DNA of 49,724 nt from Thermoproteota archaeon (lineage in GTDB: Archaea; Korarchaeota; Korarchaeia; Korarchaeales; Korarchaeaceae), in assembly GCA_027491415.1 (NCBI GenBank), contig JAOZFH010000008.1, positions 1 through 49,724 on the forward strand, given 5' to 3'. Under the pieces are notes generated by a model. That model ran no database searches. It was not told the DNA's origin and worked only from the letters and a program-made list of their open reading frames with translations. Below are positions 9,329 to 18,065 of this stretch, one piece after another; positions within the stretch are counted from its first letter, which is position 1; every line of letters starts with the position of its first letter. The position numbers and the translations under genes were made by a program.

Positions 9329-9366
9329 GGTCGCGTTAATTAACGCCCACCCATCCAGAGCGTCAG

Positions 9367-9789
9367 GTGGGTGATTCCGTGAGCGCAGAGGAGAAGAGGC
9401 TGAGGATCCTCACGGCCCTGAGAGGCGTCTATGACCCTGAGATACCCATCAACGTCGTCGATCTCGGTCTGATCAGAGAGGTAACCCTAGAAGAGAAGGA
9501 GGGGTCCACTACTGTAAGGGTTAGGTACACTCTCACGGCCCCCGGGTGTCCGCTGGCTCAGATGCTCTCTTCCCTCATCAAGAGGACCGTCGAGGCCGCA
9601 GTCGGCAGCGACGTCAACGTTGAGCTGATCTACGAGGACTTCCCGCCCTGGACCCCGGCCGACATGACCGAGGAGGGCAGAGAAGAGTTCAAGAGGAGGT
9701 ACGGCTACGACATAATGGACTCCTTCCTCAAGCAGTGGGGTAGCATCGAGAACTACATCGAGGCGGTCAGGAAGGCCCTTGGGAAGTGA
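9367..9789 (+). CDS. DUF59/SufT-like Fe-S cluster assembly protein
   Basis: VYDPEIPINVVDLGLI, TLTAPGCP and PPWTP motifs. Confidence 0.88.
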   Translation: MGDSVSAEEKRLRILTALRGVYDPEIPINVVDLGLIREVTLEEKEGSTTVRVRYTLTAPGCPLAQMLSSLIKRTVEAAVGSDVNVELIYEDFPPWTPADMTEEGREEFKRRYGYDIMDSFLKQWGSIENYIEAVRKALGK

Positions 9790-9802
9790 AGGTGGCGGGG
9801 GC

Positions 9803-10681
9803 TCACCCCTGCTCCGGCCCGGTGACGGCCAGCGTCACCCCAGCCAAGAGGACCGCGCCGCCAATCACGACCCTTAGGGACGGGACCTCGCCCAGCACGA
9901 CCCAGGCCAGAACCGTCGCTCCTATGGGCTCCATCAAGATCGCCAGCGAGACCACGTGCGCCTTGACGTACTTCAGGGCGTAGTTGTAGAGGGTGTGACC
10001 CACACAGGAGGGTCCCAGGGCCAGGGCCAAGAAGATCGCGTACTCCCTGAACGGGTAGCCTGTTAGGGGGCGCCCTATCGAGAGCGCGCCGGCAGCCAGC
10101 GCGAGCCCAGAGACCCCGTATACGGACGCCGCGTAAGACAGGGTGTCGAGGCTCCTCCTCAGCGCCCTGCCCGCCACCAAGTAGAGTGCCAGAGCCACCG
10201 CGCCCGCGAGGGCGAGGGTTGCTCCCAAGAGATCACGCTCGGTGAGGGTCCAGGCCTCGCCTACGATCTCGGCGGCGCCCAGCATTCCCAGAGCGATTCC
10301 GGCGGCCTCTCGAAGGGTTATCCTGTCTCCAAGGAGGGCCCACCCCAAGACGGCGGCAAACATCGGGGCAGAGTCGACCAGCACAACGCTCACCGCAACG
10401 GAGGTGTACTTGAGGGAGGTCGCCCAAGTCGCGAAGTGAACGGCCAGAGCGATCCCCGAGGCCGCTAGCTGTGGGAGCAGACCCTCAACGACCTCTACAG
10501 ATCTCAGTAGGGATGGGAGTGAGACAAGCGACATAATCGCGGCCGCTATCAGAAGTCTGTTGGCCGCTATCACCATGGCCGGCGCGTTGCTCAGCTTGAT
10601 CAGGACGCTGGCGGAGGACACGGAGGAGACCCCTATCGCCAGCGCCAGCCTTGAGTCAAGCCCGCGTTGACCCCGCGCCAC
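9803..10681 (-). CDS. EamA/DMT family transporter
   Basis: About 10 TM segments in two EamA repeats; SLKYTSVA and GHTLYNYALKY...EPIGA. Confidence 0.88.
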   Translation of the reverse strand: MARGQRGLDSRLALAIGVSSVSSASVLIKLSNAPAMVIAANRLLIAAAIMSLVSLPSLLRSVEVVEGLLPQLAASGIALAVHFATWATSLKYTSVAVSVVLVDSAPMFAAVLGWALLGDRITLREAAGIALGMLGAAEIVGEAWTLTERDLLGATLALAGAVALALYLVAGRALRRSLDTLSYAASVYGVSGLALAAGALSIGRPLTGYPFREYAIFLALALGPSCVGHTLYNYALKYVKAHVVSLAILMEPIGATVLAWVVLGEVPSLRVVIGGAVLLAGVTLAVTGPEQG

Positions 10682-10733
10682 GGCCGAGCGCTCCCCCTCA
10701 CGGTATTAAGGAGATCGGACGCAGGCGACCAGA

Positions 10734-11221
10734 GTGGGTACCCGGAGGCGGGTCGTCTGACAGAGGGACTGTCCAGACGCGTGCGGCCTCCCGGTCAGGT
10801 CGAGGGAGGCTCCAGAGGAATTCCCGATAAGGCTCCTCACGAGTTCAGTTCCCCTCGTCACGAGCACCCGAGACGAACTCGACTCGCTATATGAGGTTCA
10901 CGTGAGTCCTGAAGACGCCGAGAAGCTCGGACTCACGGACGGGGCCCTGACGGTCCTCGAGTCCTCGGCGGGGGGAGGGCCGCGGCCGAGGTTGGGGTTG
11001 ACGGGTCGCTTCCAGCGGTGGTGTCGTGGGTCAGGAGGCTAGGCAGGCTGGCGAAGGGGTTTGTTAACAACCTCGTCGGCCCCGAGAAGCAAACCATCGG
11101 GGGCGGCAACACGTTCAACTCTACCTATGTTAGGCTGAGACCCCTCCGCGTGAGGCGAGGCTCGGACGGCACTTTTTTGAGTGGCGAGCGAGAACCCAAA
11201 CTGAGAGGCTGTACATCATGA
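10734..11221 (+). pseudogene. Remnant of a molybdopterin oxidoreductase (N-terminal Fe-S motif joined to the C-terminal dinucleotide-binding domain)
   Basis: From GTG 10734: MGTRRRVV*QRDCPDACGL..PEEFPIRLLT..EVHVSPEDAEKLGLTDG..ESSAG. After a frameshift at G6 (10970-10975) it reads RAAAEVGVDGSLP..VNNLV..GGGNTFNSTYVRL. Confidence 0.7.
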
Positions 11222-12108
11222 TCCTGCGGGAGGCAGATGAAGGCGACGTGGGCGACATCGTCGCCGTCTACACCTACGGAGAGCGAATAGATGACCGGCT
11301 GGAGAGGGTCCGGAGGTTCGGCTGGTGGGGAGACGAGGAGGCGCTCGCCTGGTACCTGAAGTCGCTGAAGAGAACCGGAGGTATCTCGATAGTCGCGGTG
11401 GAAGAGGAGAAGGTCGTTGGAGAGGCCGAGATAGCACCCGACAGTGGCCCCAGTCTCGTCGGAGAGCACGCGTTTCTGCTGAGCCTTTGGACGCACCCCA
11501 AGTACCTAGGGAGGGGGGTGGGGAAGGCCCTCCTGGACAGGTGTCTCGAGATAGCCAAGGAGTGGGGCTTCAGGGTGGTCGACACGATCCCGATACCGGG
11601 GAGCGAGAGGTTCTTCTCTGCCACGGGGTTCTCCAAGGTGGCCAGGCAGGTCGTCGCCGAGGCCAGCAGCAGGCCGACCCCTGGGTTGGCCGGGTTAGTA
11701 AGCCTGGGGCCGGGGGACTTCCCCGAGAACCTCTGTCTCCTTGCAGGACACGTGAGGCCTGGAAGGCTCAGCTGGGAACTCCTCTGGGGGCAGGCGGAGG
11801 TAGGTCTAGGGCTGCCCTCTCCTAAGGCGTTCAGAGTCAGGGTGGGATCGTGGAACTTCGCGCTCCTCCTCTACTCCATCCCCTCGAGGGATGGGCCCAA
11901 GGCGGCTGCCCTGCTGTGGGGGGAACCCCGAGTGGGAGTTGGCCAGGTTTTCGACGCCGTCGAGGTCAGCCTCAGAATTGCGTCTGAGGCGGGGTTCAAG
12001 AGGGTAAGGGCTCAGCTCTGGGAGAAGTTCCTGCCCTCATTCTCGGCCGCGGGATTCGATGAGGTGGAGAAGGTGCCTTGGGTGCGAAAGCAGATCAGGC
12101 CTAGATGA
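11218..12108 (+). CDS. GNAT family N-acetyltransferase with C-terminal extension
   Basis: LWTHPKYLGRGVGKALL acetyl-CoA-binding motif A. Confidence 0.78.
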   Translation: MILREADEGDVGDIVAVYTYGERIDDRLERVRRFGWWGDEEALAWYLKSLKRTGGISIVAVEEEKVVGEAEIAPDSGPSLVGEHAFLLSLWTHPKYLGRGVGKALLDRCLEIAKEWGFRVVDTIPIPGSERFFSATGFSKVARQVVAEASSRPTPGLAGLVSLGPGDFPENLCLLAGHVRPGRLSWELLWGQAEVGLGLPSPKAFRVRVGSWNFALLLYSIPSRDGPKAAALLWGEPRVGVGQVFDAVEVSLRIASEAGFKRVRAQLWEKFLPSFSAAGFDEVEKVPWVRKQIRPR

Positions 12109-12172
12109 CCGGTGGGGACCCCTGTGAGATTAATTAACCCCCTCGTAGCCGCGCCCGCGGAGGAGTGAGGAA

Positions 12173-13204
12173 ATGGCTGGAGCTTCGGTTGGAGACGGGA
12201 AGTACGACGCAATCGTTGTTGGGGGCGGCATAGCGGGCCTCACGGCGGCCCTCTATCTGGCCAGGCAGAATCTGAGGACCTTGGTGGTCACGATGGACGT
12301 CGGCGGACAGCTGCTCTTGGCCACTGAGATTCAGAACTACCCGGGGTTCAAGTCGATCGACGGATTCAGCCTCTCCAAGAAGGTCGAAGAGCAGGCCAAG
12401 CTATTTGGAGCTGAGTTCAAGTACGATGAGGTCGTGGAGATCATCGGAGACGGGGACCTCTTCGCAGTCAGGACCGTGACTGGAGGGGAGTATAAGGCAG
12501 ACGCCCTAATCCTCGCGTTTGGGAAGAAGCCGAGGGAGCTGGGAGTTCCAGGGGAGGAGAAATTCAAGGGGAGAGGTGTGAGCTACTGCGCGACGTGCGA
12601 CGCCCCCCTGTTCAAGGGAAAGAGGGTGGTTCTCGCGGGGGTCGGGCCGCACGGGATCGAGGCCGCCAGCATGCTCTCCGACCTTGTCAGCGAACTGTAC
12701 TGGGTGTTCCCGGGGGACACTCCTGGGGGAGAGGAGGAGGTGCTCAAATCGGTGGCCTCGCGACCCAACGTGCGGGTGCTCGCCAAGTCCAAGATAGTGG
12801 AGATCGGGGGGGGTTCTAAGGTGGAGACGGTCCTTGTGGAGACCCCGGACGGCAGGGTGGAGCTCGAGGTCGACGGGGTGTTCGTAGAGATGGGATACGT
12901 GCCCGAGACGGTCATGGTCCGCGGGCTGGTCAAGCTAAATGAAAAGGGTGAGATCATCGTGGACAAGCTCTGTAGGACGTCCGTCCAGGGGGTCTTCGCG
13001 GCCGGAGACGTGACGGACATCCCGTACAAGCAGGCGATCATTTCCGCAGGGATGGGCGCCACGGCCGCGCTCTCCGCCTACAGCTACCTGATGAGGAAGA
13101 GGGGGAAGGAACTCAAGACCCTATCCGACTGGAAGCACGTCGATGTGGGTGGAGAGAAGGAAGGGCCTGGTGGGGGCGGGCTCTTCTTTGCCCCCCCATC
13201 CTAA
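12173..13204 (+). CDS. trxB: Thioredoxin reductase-like FAD-dependent disulfide oxidoreductase
   Basis: GGGIAG FAD motif, NYPG, GRGVSYCATCD redox CxxC and FAAGDVT. SD-like GGAGGAGTGAGG upstream. Confidence 0.88.
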   Translation: MAGASVGDGKYDAIVVGGGIAGLTAALYLARQNLRTLVVTMDVGGQLLLATEIQNYPGFKSIDGFSLSKKVEEQAKLFGAEFKYDEVVEIIGDGDLFAVRTVTGGEYKADALILAFGKKPRELGVPGEEKFKGRGVSYCATCDAPLFKGKRVVLAGVGPHGIEAASMLSDLVSELYWVFPGDTPGGEEEVLKSVASRPNVRVLAKSKIVEIGGGSKVETVLVETPDGRVELEVDGVFVEMGYVPETVMVRGLVKLNEKGEIIVDKLCRTSVQGVFAAGDVTDIPYKQAIISAGMGATAALSAYSYLMRKRGKELKTLSDWKHVDVGGEKEGPGGGGLFFAPPS

Positions 13205-13245
13205 ACACTCACGCCAGCACCGGGTGAGTCCCCGCCACCATGTCG

Positions 13246-13300
13246 CCCTGCCTGAGCGCGAAGCCGGTTTGGGAGGGATCCCCAGCGCGCTCAGGCAGGG
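13246..13300. repeat. Perfect 15-bp inverted repeat between convergent trxB and thyX (hairpin; terminator or small structured RNA)
   Basis: CCCTGCCTGAGCGCG (13246-13260) and CGCGCTCAGGCAGGG (13286-13300) enclose a 25-nt loop. Confidence 0.7.
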
Positions 13301-13311
13301 GTCGGTTCCAT

Positions 13312-14223
13312 TCAATCACCGACACTGGGTTCCATGCCTGAGAGTCGCTGTATCATTTGTGCAACGAGTCGGATCTCCCTCTGAGCGTCGGGCGCCGCCC
13401 TGAGCCTGATGAAGTGGATCCACGCAGAGTCCCTACCGCTGATCAGGATCCTAGTTGTGCACGCCTGTGGGAGGATGTACCTGGCGTCCTCCATCTCCAC
13501 GCCAGCGTCAACAAGTCCGTAGTAGGTTTTGAGGGACCTCTCGACCTCCCTCTCCATCCTCCTCCTCAGCTCGGCGTCGAGGTGACCGGGTAGGTAGTAC
13601 CCGGAGACCTGAGACACCCTCTGGCTCTGCTGAGTGAAGCTCAGCGCCCTGTGCCTGACCAGCTGGTGACTGCAGACCCTGGATATCCCTTCCACCAAGA
13701 ACGCGTGGAAGCCGTGCCTCGGATCTGGCCAAGGAGAAGACAGGAGCATGTGGACCCATATGTCCTCCACCTCCTCGCTCGACAGCTCGACCCGGAAACC
13801 GACCCCTGGACCCCCCCCTTCGGAACTCAGTCCCACGGCCCTGGAGAGAATTGGGAAGTGGAGGAGGACCCTCTTGGCCAACTCTCTGACCTCAGGGTCA
13901 CCGCGCTCGATCATCTCGACGGCGACGCGGGGGTTCATGGACAGAAGTCCCTCATCCTCGGACAGCTCTACGAACTTCCAGTGAAAGAGCCTCGACTTGA
14001 CCTCCTCCGGATCGTCCTCGATCCACACTCGGATGAGGCTGTGCTCGAACACGGAGAGGTGCCCCCAAACCAGGAGCTTTCTGAAGAGTAGCTCCATCCT
14101 CTTGGGCGTCGCCTCCCCGATCATGCCCTCCACGGGCTTGGAACTCCGGGACACCCTCGCGCCCAGATACAGGAGCCAGTCCCCTCCAGCGACCTCAACC
14201 CTTGAGATCCTCAACCTCACCAC
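13312..14223 (-). CDS. thyX: FAD-dependent thymidylate synthase
   Basis: GHLSVFEH, ISRVCSHQLVRHRALSFTQQSQR, EDARYILP and FIRLR..AQREIR. Confidence 0.9.
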   Translation of the reverse strand: MVRLRISRVEVAGGDWLLYLGARVSRSSKPVEGMIGEATPKRMELLFRKLLVWGHLSVFEHSLIRVWIEDDPEEVKSRLFHWKFVELSEDEGLLSMNPRVAVEMIERGDPEVRELAKRVLLHFPILSRAVGLSSEGGGPGVGFRVELSSEEVEDIWVHMLLSSPWPDPRHGFHAFLVEGISRVCSHQLVRHRALSFTQQSQRVSQVSGYYLPGHLDAELRRRMEREVERSLKTYYGLVDAGVEMEDARYILPQACTTRILISGRDSAWIHFIRLRAAPDAQREIRLVAQMIQRLSGMEPSVGD

Positions 14224-14749
14224 CCAAGCTCTTGGGGAGGCTCACGCCCCTCTGCCCCTGATAGAAGCCGGAGTACGGCCTCGAGGACTTGCCGTCGAGC
14301 CTGAAGAAGATCACGTGAAGGAACCTGATCCCCCTGTAGATCTTCACGGGGGACGGCCTGGTCCAAGCGACCTCTACGGTCAGTTGCCCCTCAAAGCCGG
14401 CGTCTATGAGGGTCGGGGCGGACAGGAACCCCCACCGGGCGAAGGTGCTCCTGAGACCGCAGAGCCCTGCCACGTCCTCCGGGAGCCTAACCCTCTCCTG
14501 AGTGACCAGGAGAAGGCTCGTGTCTCCGGGGACTATGAGTCCCTCATCCGGGATCTCTCTTATCACGAAGTGCTTCTCCGGATCGGCGCTCCTGAGGTCG
14601 ATTACTTCGCCCCCGAAGGATGGAAACGCCACCTCCTCACCGATTCTCAGGTCGACACCGTTTTCTCGAATGGTGTCCTGGTAGAGGGGATCTATCTCAA
14701 GTCTACCCGACTCTAACAGGCCTCTTATGGCCTTGTCACTCAGTAGCAT
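14195..14749 (-). CDS. dcd: dCTP deaminase
   Basis: MLLSD, IRENGVDLRIG, LRSTFARWG, IDAGFEGQLTVE and YSGFYQGQRGV. Overlaps the thyX start. Confidence 0.9.
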   Translation of the reverse strand: MLLSDKAIRGLLESGRLEIDPLYQDTIRENGVDLRIGEEVAFPSFGGEVIDLRSADPEKHFVIREIPDEGLIVPGDTSLLLVTQERVRLPEDVAGLCGLRSTFARWGFLSAPTLIDAGFEGQLTVEVAWTRPSPVKIYRGIRFLHVIFFRLDGKSSRPYSGFYQGQRGVSLPKSLGGEVEDLKG

Positions 14750-14826
14750 GTCTCCGCCCACCCTCGTGGGCCCAGGATTTAATGCCGCGTTGGCCGCCTA
14801 TCCAAGCACGTTCCCAGACAGCCCCC

Positions 14827-15249
14827 TCAGATTGCGTACTCCAGCGAGCCCGATCCCTGCTGGCCTCTCTGCTGCCTCGATATCACGGGTGCGGGGAGCG
14901 GCGGGGGGACGCCGATGGACCGGCTGGCCACCACGGCGTCGGCCATCGCGGATGAGAACACAGCCTGGACCACGGCGTCGGGGGGCTTGCCAGAGCTTGA
15001 CCTCTGAACGGCCTCCTTAACCTCCTTTTCGCCCCCTTGGATCAGGACTACCCCTCTGATCGTTATCTGAGCCACCGCCGGATTGTAAGTTGCCGAGACG
15101 ACGAACGACCCCTTTGCCTTTCCCTGGCCAGCTGGCTCAAGCTTGTGAACGGTCACGTTAAGCTGTATCTGAACGGGAGCAGGTAAAGGGGTCTCGACGT
15201 CCCAGAGACGCTCTGCGGAGATGCTTGTGGTCCTCACGCTCACCATCAT
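14827..15249 (-). CDS. Conserved archaeal hypothetical protein (SecB-like/arcadin-1-like pattern)
   Basis: Four beta-strand-like segments, then helices ending SRSIGVPPPLP. The coding frame is clean; the family assignment is from recall only. Confidence 0.5.
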   Translation of the reverse strand: MMVSVRTTSISAERLWDVETPLPAPVQIQLNVTVHKLEPAGQGKAKGSFVVSATYNPAVAQITIRGVVLIQGGEKEVKEAVQRSSSGKPPDAVVQAVFSSAMADAVVASRSIGVPPPLPAPVISRQQRGQQGSGSLEYAI

Positions 15250-15344
15250 GGCGGTACTTGCGCACTCCCTCGGGGCCTATTTTTAATGATCCTGTGGGCC
15301 TAGGGCCCGGACGTGCACACTCTCCTGTCCAGGGAGGTCTGAGA

Positions 15345-16226
15345 TTGGGCGCCCTGATCGGCTTGATAGGGAGATACCCGCCCCCCGTTGTCGTAGAGCC
15401 CCAGACGCCTCTAGTAAACGTCCTAAGGGGGCTGAAGAACAGGGCGGTTAGGCACGCGCTCGTTCAGGAGGAAGGGCGGCTTGTCGGGATAATATCCGCC
15501 AGGGATATCCTCCGCGATCTCGTCAGGGCCGAGGATAGAACTCTCTCACAACTGAACGAGAGACTCGCAAGGGACGTGATGACCAGGGACGTCGTAACGG
15601 TCAGCTTCGAGGAGGGCTTCGCGAGGCTGGTGGAGAAGTTCCTCGAGCACGACCTTGGGACGATCCCCGTTGTCGGCGCCAAAGGCAAGGCAGTGGGCGT
15701 TGTATCAGAGCGCCACATCGTGGACGCGCTTTCCGGACACGTGACGTATGTCCGCGTCGGTGAGATAGCCAGCTCCCCGTTGCTCACGGCGGACGCCGGA
15801 TCCACGCTCTTCGACGCGATCGCCAAGATGGTCGAGTTCAACATACGGAGGGTTCCGTTCATCGGAGAGACCGGGAGCCTAGTCGGGATCATCACGCTGA
15901 AGGATGTCGTCTCTCTCTTGGGATCTTGGAGGACGGTGGAGGCAATTGAGGTGGGAAGAGGGGGCGGGATCTCCGACACTCCGCTCGACCCCACGTGGAG
16001 GTGCTCTATCGCCTCGATCGACTCCAAGGTCGATGTCAGTGAAGCTCTCAAGAAGATGAGGTCGCTGGGGGTCGGGAGCCTGCTGGTGAGAGACGGTGAC
16101 CAAATAGTGGGGATAGTGACGGAGAGGGACGTGGTCAGGAAACTACCCAAGGTCATGGGCGCTGACGTCTTCGTCGACGCGGTCAGGCAGGAGGTCTTCG
16201 TGGGTAGGATATCCAAGTACGGATGA
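15345..16226 (+). CDS. CBS domain protein (two CBS pairs)
   Basis: LVGIISARDI, AVGVVSERHI, LVGIITLKDV and IVGIVTERDV repeats. Start set at TTG after GGAGG. Confidence 0.85.
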   Translation: MGALIGLIGRYPPPVVVEPQTPLVNVLRGLKNRAVRHALVQEEGRLVGIISARDILRDLVRAEDRTLSQLNERLARDVMTRDVVTVSFEEGFARLVEKFLEHDLGTIPVVGAKGKAVGVVSERHIVDALSGHVTYVRVGEIASSPLLTADAGSTLFDAIAKMVEFNIRRVPFIGETGSLVGIITLKDVVSLLGSWRTVEAIEVGRGGGISDTPLDPTWRCSIASIDSKVDVSEALKKMRSLGVGSLLVRDGDQIVGIVTERDVVRKLPKVMGADVFVDAVRQEVFVGRISKYG

Positions 16227-16227
16227 G

Positions 16228-17223
16228 CTATCCCGAGAGGACCCTCCAGAGTTCCTCCGAAACGGGTCTGTTGAGGTCGAGCTTCGATCCGTCCAACCTC
16301 TCCAAGACGCGGATGGAGGGATCGGAGACGAACTCTCCCACCACCGCCGCGGCGATGCCGTTCGCCCTGAGCTCGCGGACGATCTCCTCGGCCGAGCCCA
16401 CTGGGGCCGCTATGAGCAGGGATCCCGAACTCACGAGTCGAAGGGGGTCAGCCCCCAGGGCCTCGCACACTGCCTGAGTCTCCGGCCTGATCGGGATATC
16501 TTCCTCGCGGACAACGACCCCGACGCCGGACGCCATGGCGACCTCCTGAATTCCGGCGGCTATTCCCCCCTCGGTGGGGTCGTGGAGCGCGTGCGCCCCC
16601 AAGTCGGCGGCGATCCTCGCATCCCTGACCACGCTTATCTCTCGGATGAACTCCGCAGCCCTGTCTAAAACGCCCTCGCTGACCTTTTCGGCGAGCCTCG
16701 CCCTCAGGTCGGTCGCCAAGATGGCTGTCCCCTCGAGGGCAGCCGCCTTGGTCACTATGGCCAGGTCACCGGGCTTCGCTCCGGAACTCCTGATGAGCTT
16801 GTCGGGGCTCGTGAATCCTATGGCCGTCGTGACAATTATGTCTCGGTCGAGCCAGGGTGTTACCTCCGTGTGGCCGCCGACCACGCTCGCCCCGACCTCG
16901 TCGGCGGCGGACCGTATCTGATCGGCCAGCTCCTCGAGCCTCTCGAACGTGGTGCCGCCGCTGGCCAGGAGGGTCACGACGAGCCACCTCGGGTCGGCCC
17001 CCGAAGTGGCGACGTCGTTGCACGCCACGTGGACAGACAGCCATCCCGCGTTCCTACCGGCCCCGGTGATGGGGTCCGAGTGAACCACCACTGCGACCCC
17101 GTCGACCAAGAGGGCCGCGTAGTCCTCGCCCAACCCTGGACCCAGGAGGACGTCGTCCCTTGGCTCGTAGATTCTGCTCAGGAATTCCCTCAGCCGATCG
17201 GGTGGGAGCTTTCCGGCCTGCAC
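16228..17223 (-). CDS. AIR synthase/HypE (PurM-like) family protein
   Basis: GKLPP, GEDYA, HSDPITGA, CNDVATSGA, VGGHTEVT and HDPTEGG. Confidence 0.85.
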   Translation of the reverse strand: MQAGKLPPDRLREFLSRIYEPRDDVLLGPGLGEDYAALLVDGVAVVVHSDPITGAGRNAGWLSVHVACNDVATSGADPRWLVVTLLASGGTTFERLEELADQIRSAADEVGASVVGGHTEVTPWLDRDIIVTTAIGFTSPDKLIRSSGAKPGDLAIVTKAAALEGTAILATDLRARLAEKVSEGVLDRAAEFIREISVVRDARIAADLGAHALHDPTEGGIAAGIQEVAMASGVGVVVREEDIPIRPETQAVCEALGADPLRLVSSGSLLIAAPVGSAEEIVRELRANGIAAAVVGEFVSDPSIRVLERLDGSKLDLNRPVSEELWRVLSG

Positions 17224-17264
17224 GGGCCGATTGGCTAGACGCAGTGAAAAAAGTTGACTGAATG

Positions 17265-17296
17265 GGGGACCCGACCCGAACTCGGGCCGGGACCCC
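17265..17296 (-). other. Strong GC-rich hairpin followed by a T-tract (possible terminator or small RNA)
   Basis: Minus strand GGGGTCCCGGCCCG-AGTT-CGGGTCGGGTCCCC, followed by ..CAACTTTTTT. Confidence 0.45.
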
Positions 17297-17397
17297 TTGG
17301 AGGGTGGCCCATGTATCCTAAAGCCCTGAGGCTTTATGGATTTCGATTAGAACCGTCGGCGGACCATTGACAACGTTTTGAAACGGTCATCCACGCG

Positions 17398-17901
17398 TCA
17401 AAGCTTGTAGCCGAACCTCCTCAGAAGCTCCTTGCGCTCCCTTACGTCTTCGTCGCCCTCGACGCCAAGCGGCGTGAGGCCGTCAACGACCCCAAGCAGC
17501 CCCCTCCCCTGGCTTGTCTCCGCCACTATGGCCTGAAGCGGGTTTGCCGTGGCGGCGAAGATGTTGGCGATCTCGCTCACGGTCTTCAGCCTGTTCAGGA
17601 CGTTGATCGGCCACGCGTCGCGAATCAGGATGACGAGGGTGTGGCCCGCGGCGAGCCTCTTCGCCCTCTCGATGGCCTCCTTCTCCAGCTCGGGGTCGTT
17701 TCCGACGTGTCTGATCAGCCTCTTCCCCGACGACTCGCAGAAGGCTATCCCGAACTTTATCGAAGGGCACGATTCGATCAGGGCCTCGTAGACATCCTCT
17801 ACTGTCTTGATGAAGTGGGACTGAGCCACGATTATGTTGGTCCCCTCCGGAGGGGAGATGTCCACTACATGGATCTTCACGCCCTCACACATTCCATCCA
17901 C
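17398..17901 (-). CDS. Adenosine-specific kinase family protein (DUF355)
   Basis: [44 protein letters not shown] and [10 protein letters not shown]. Confidence 0.87.
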   Translation of the reverse strand: MDGMCEGVKIHVVDISPPEGTNIIVAQSHFIKTVEDVYEALIESCPSIKFGIAFCESSGKRLIRHVGNDPELEKEAIERAKRLAAGHTLVILIRDAWPINVLNRLKTVSEIANIFAATANPLQAIVAETSQGRGLLGVVDGLTPLGVEGDEDVRERKELLRRFGYKL

Positions 17902-18065
17902 CCCGCTCTGCTATCGTAACATCTGGGAAAAATACGTAAAGTTGACGGCCCCCGGGCAGTACGAGCTAGTGGCTTCTGTCGTCAGGCGAGCTGCCGGGCG
18001 GATGCGCCCCGCACGTGCCGAAATACCTATCTATACCCGTCGAGGAGGGTGGTCCGGAGGGTGGC

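Noticed and set aside
10758-10760. In-frame TGA at a Cys position as selenocysteine
   Set aside because: The gene also has a large deletion and a frameshift, and no convincing SECIS is nearby; a nonsense mutation is more parsimonious.
13246-13300. Hairpin as archaeal SECIS or H/ACA RNA
   Set aside because: The GAA is not opposed by the expected A plus upper stem, and the perfect stem leaves no pseudouridylation pocket at the right distance from the nearby ACA.
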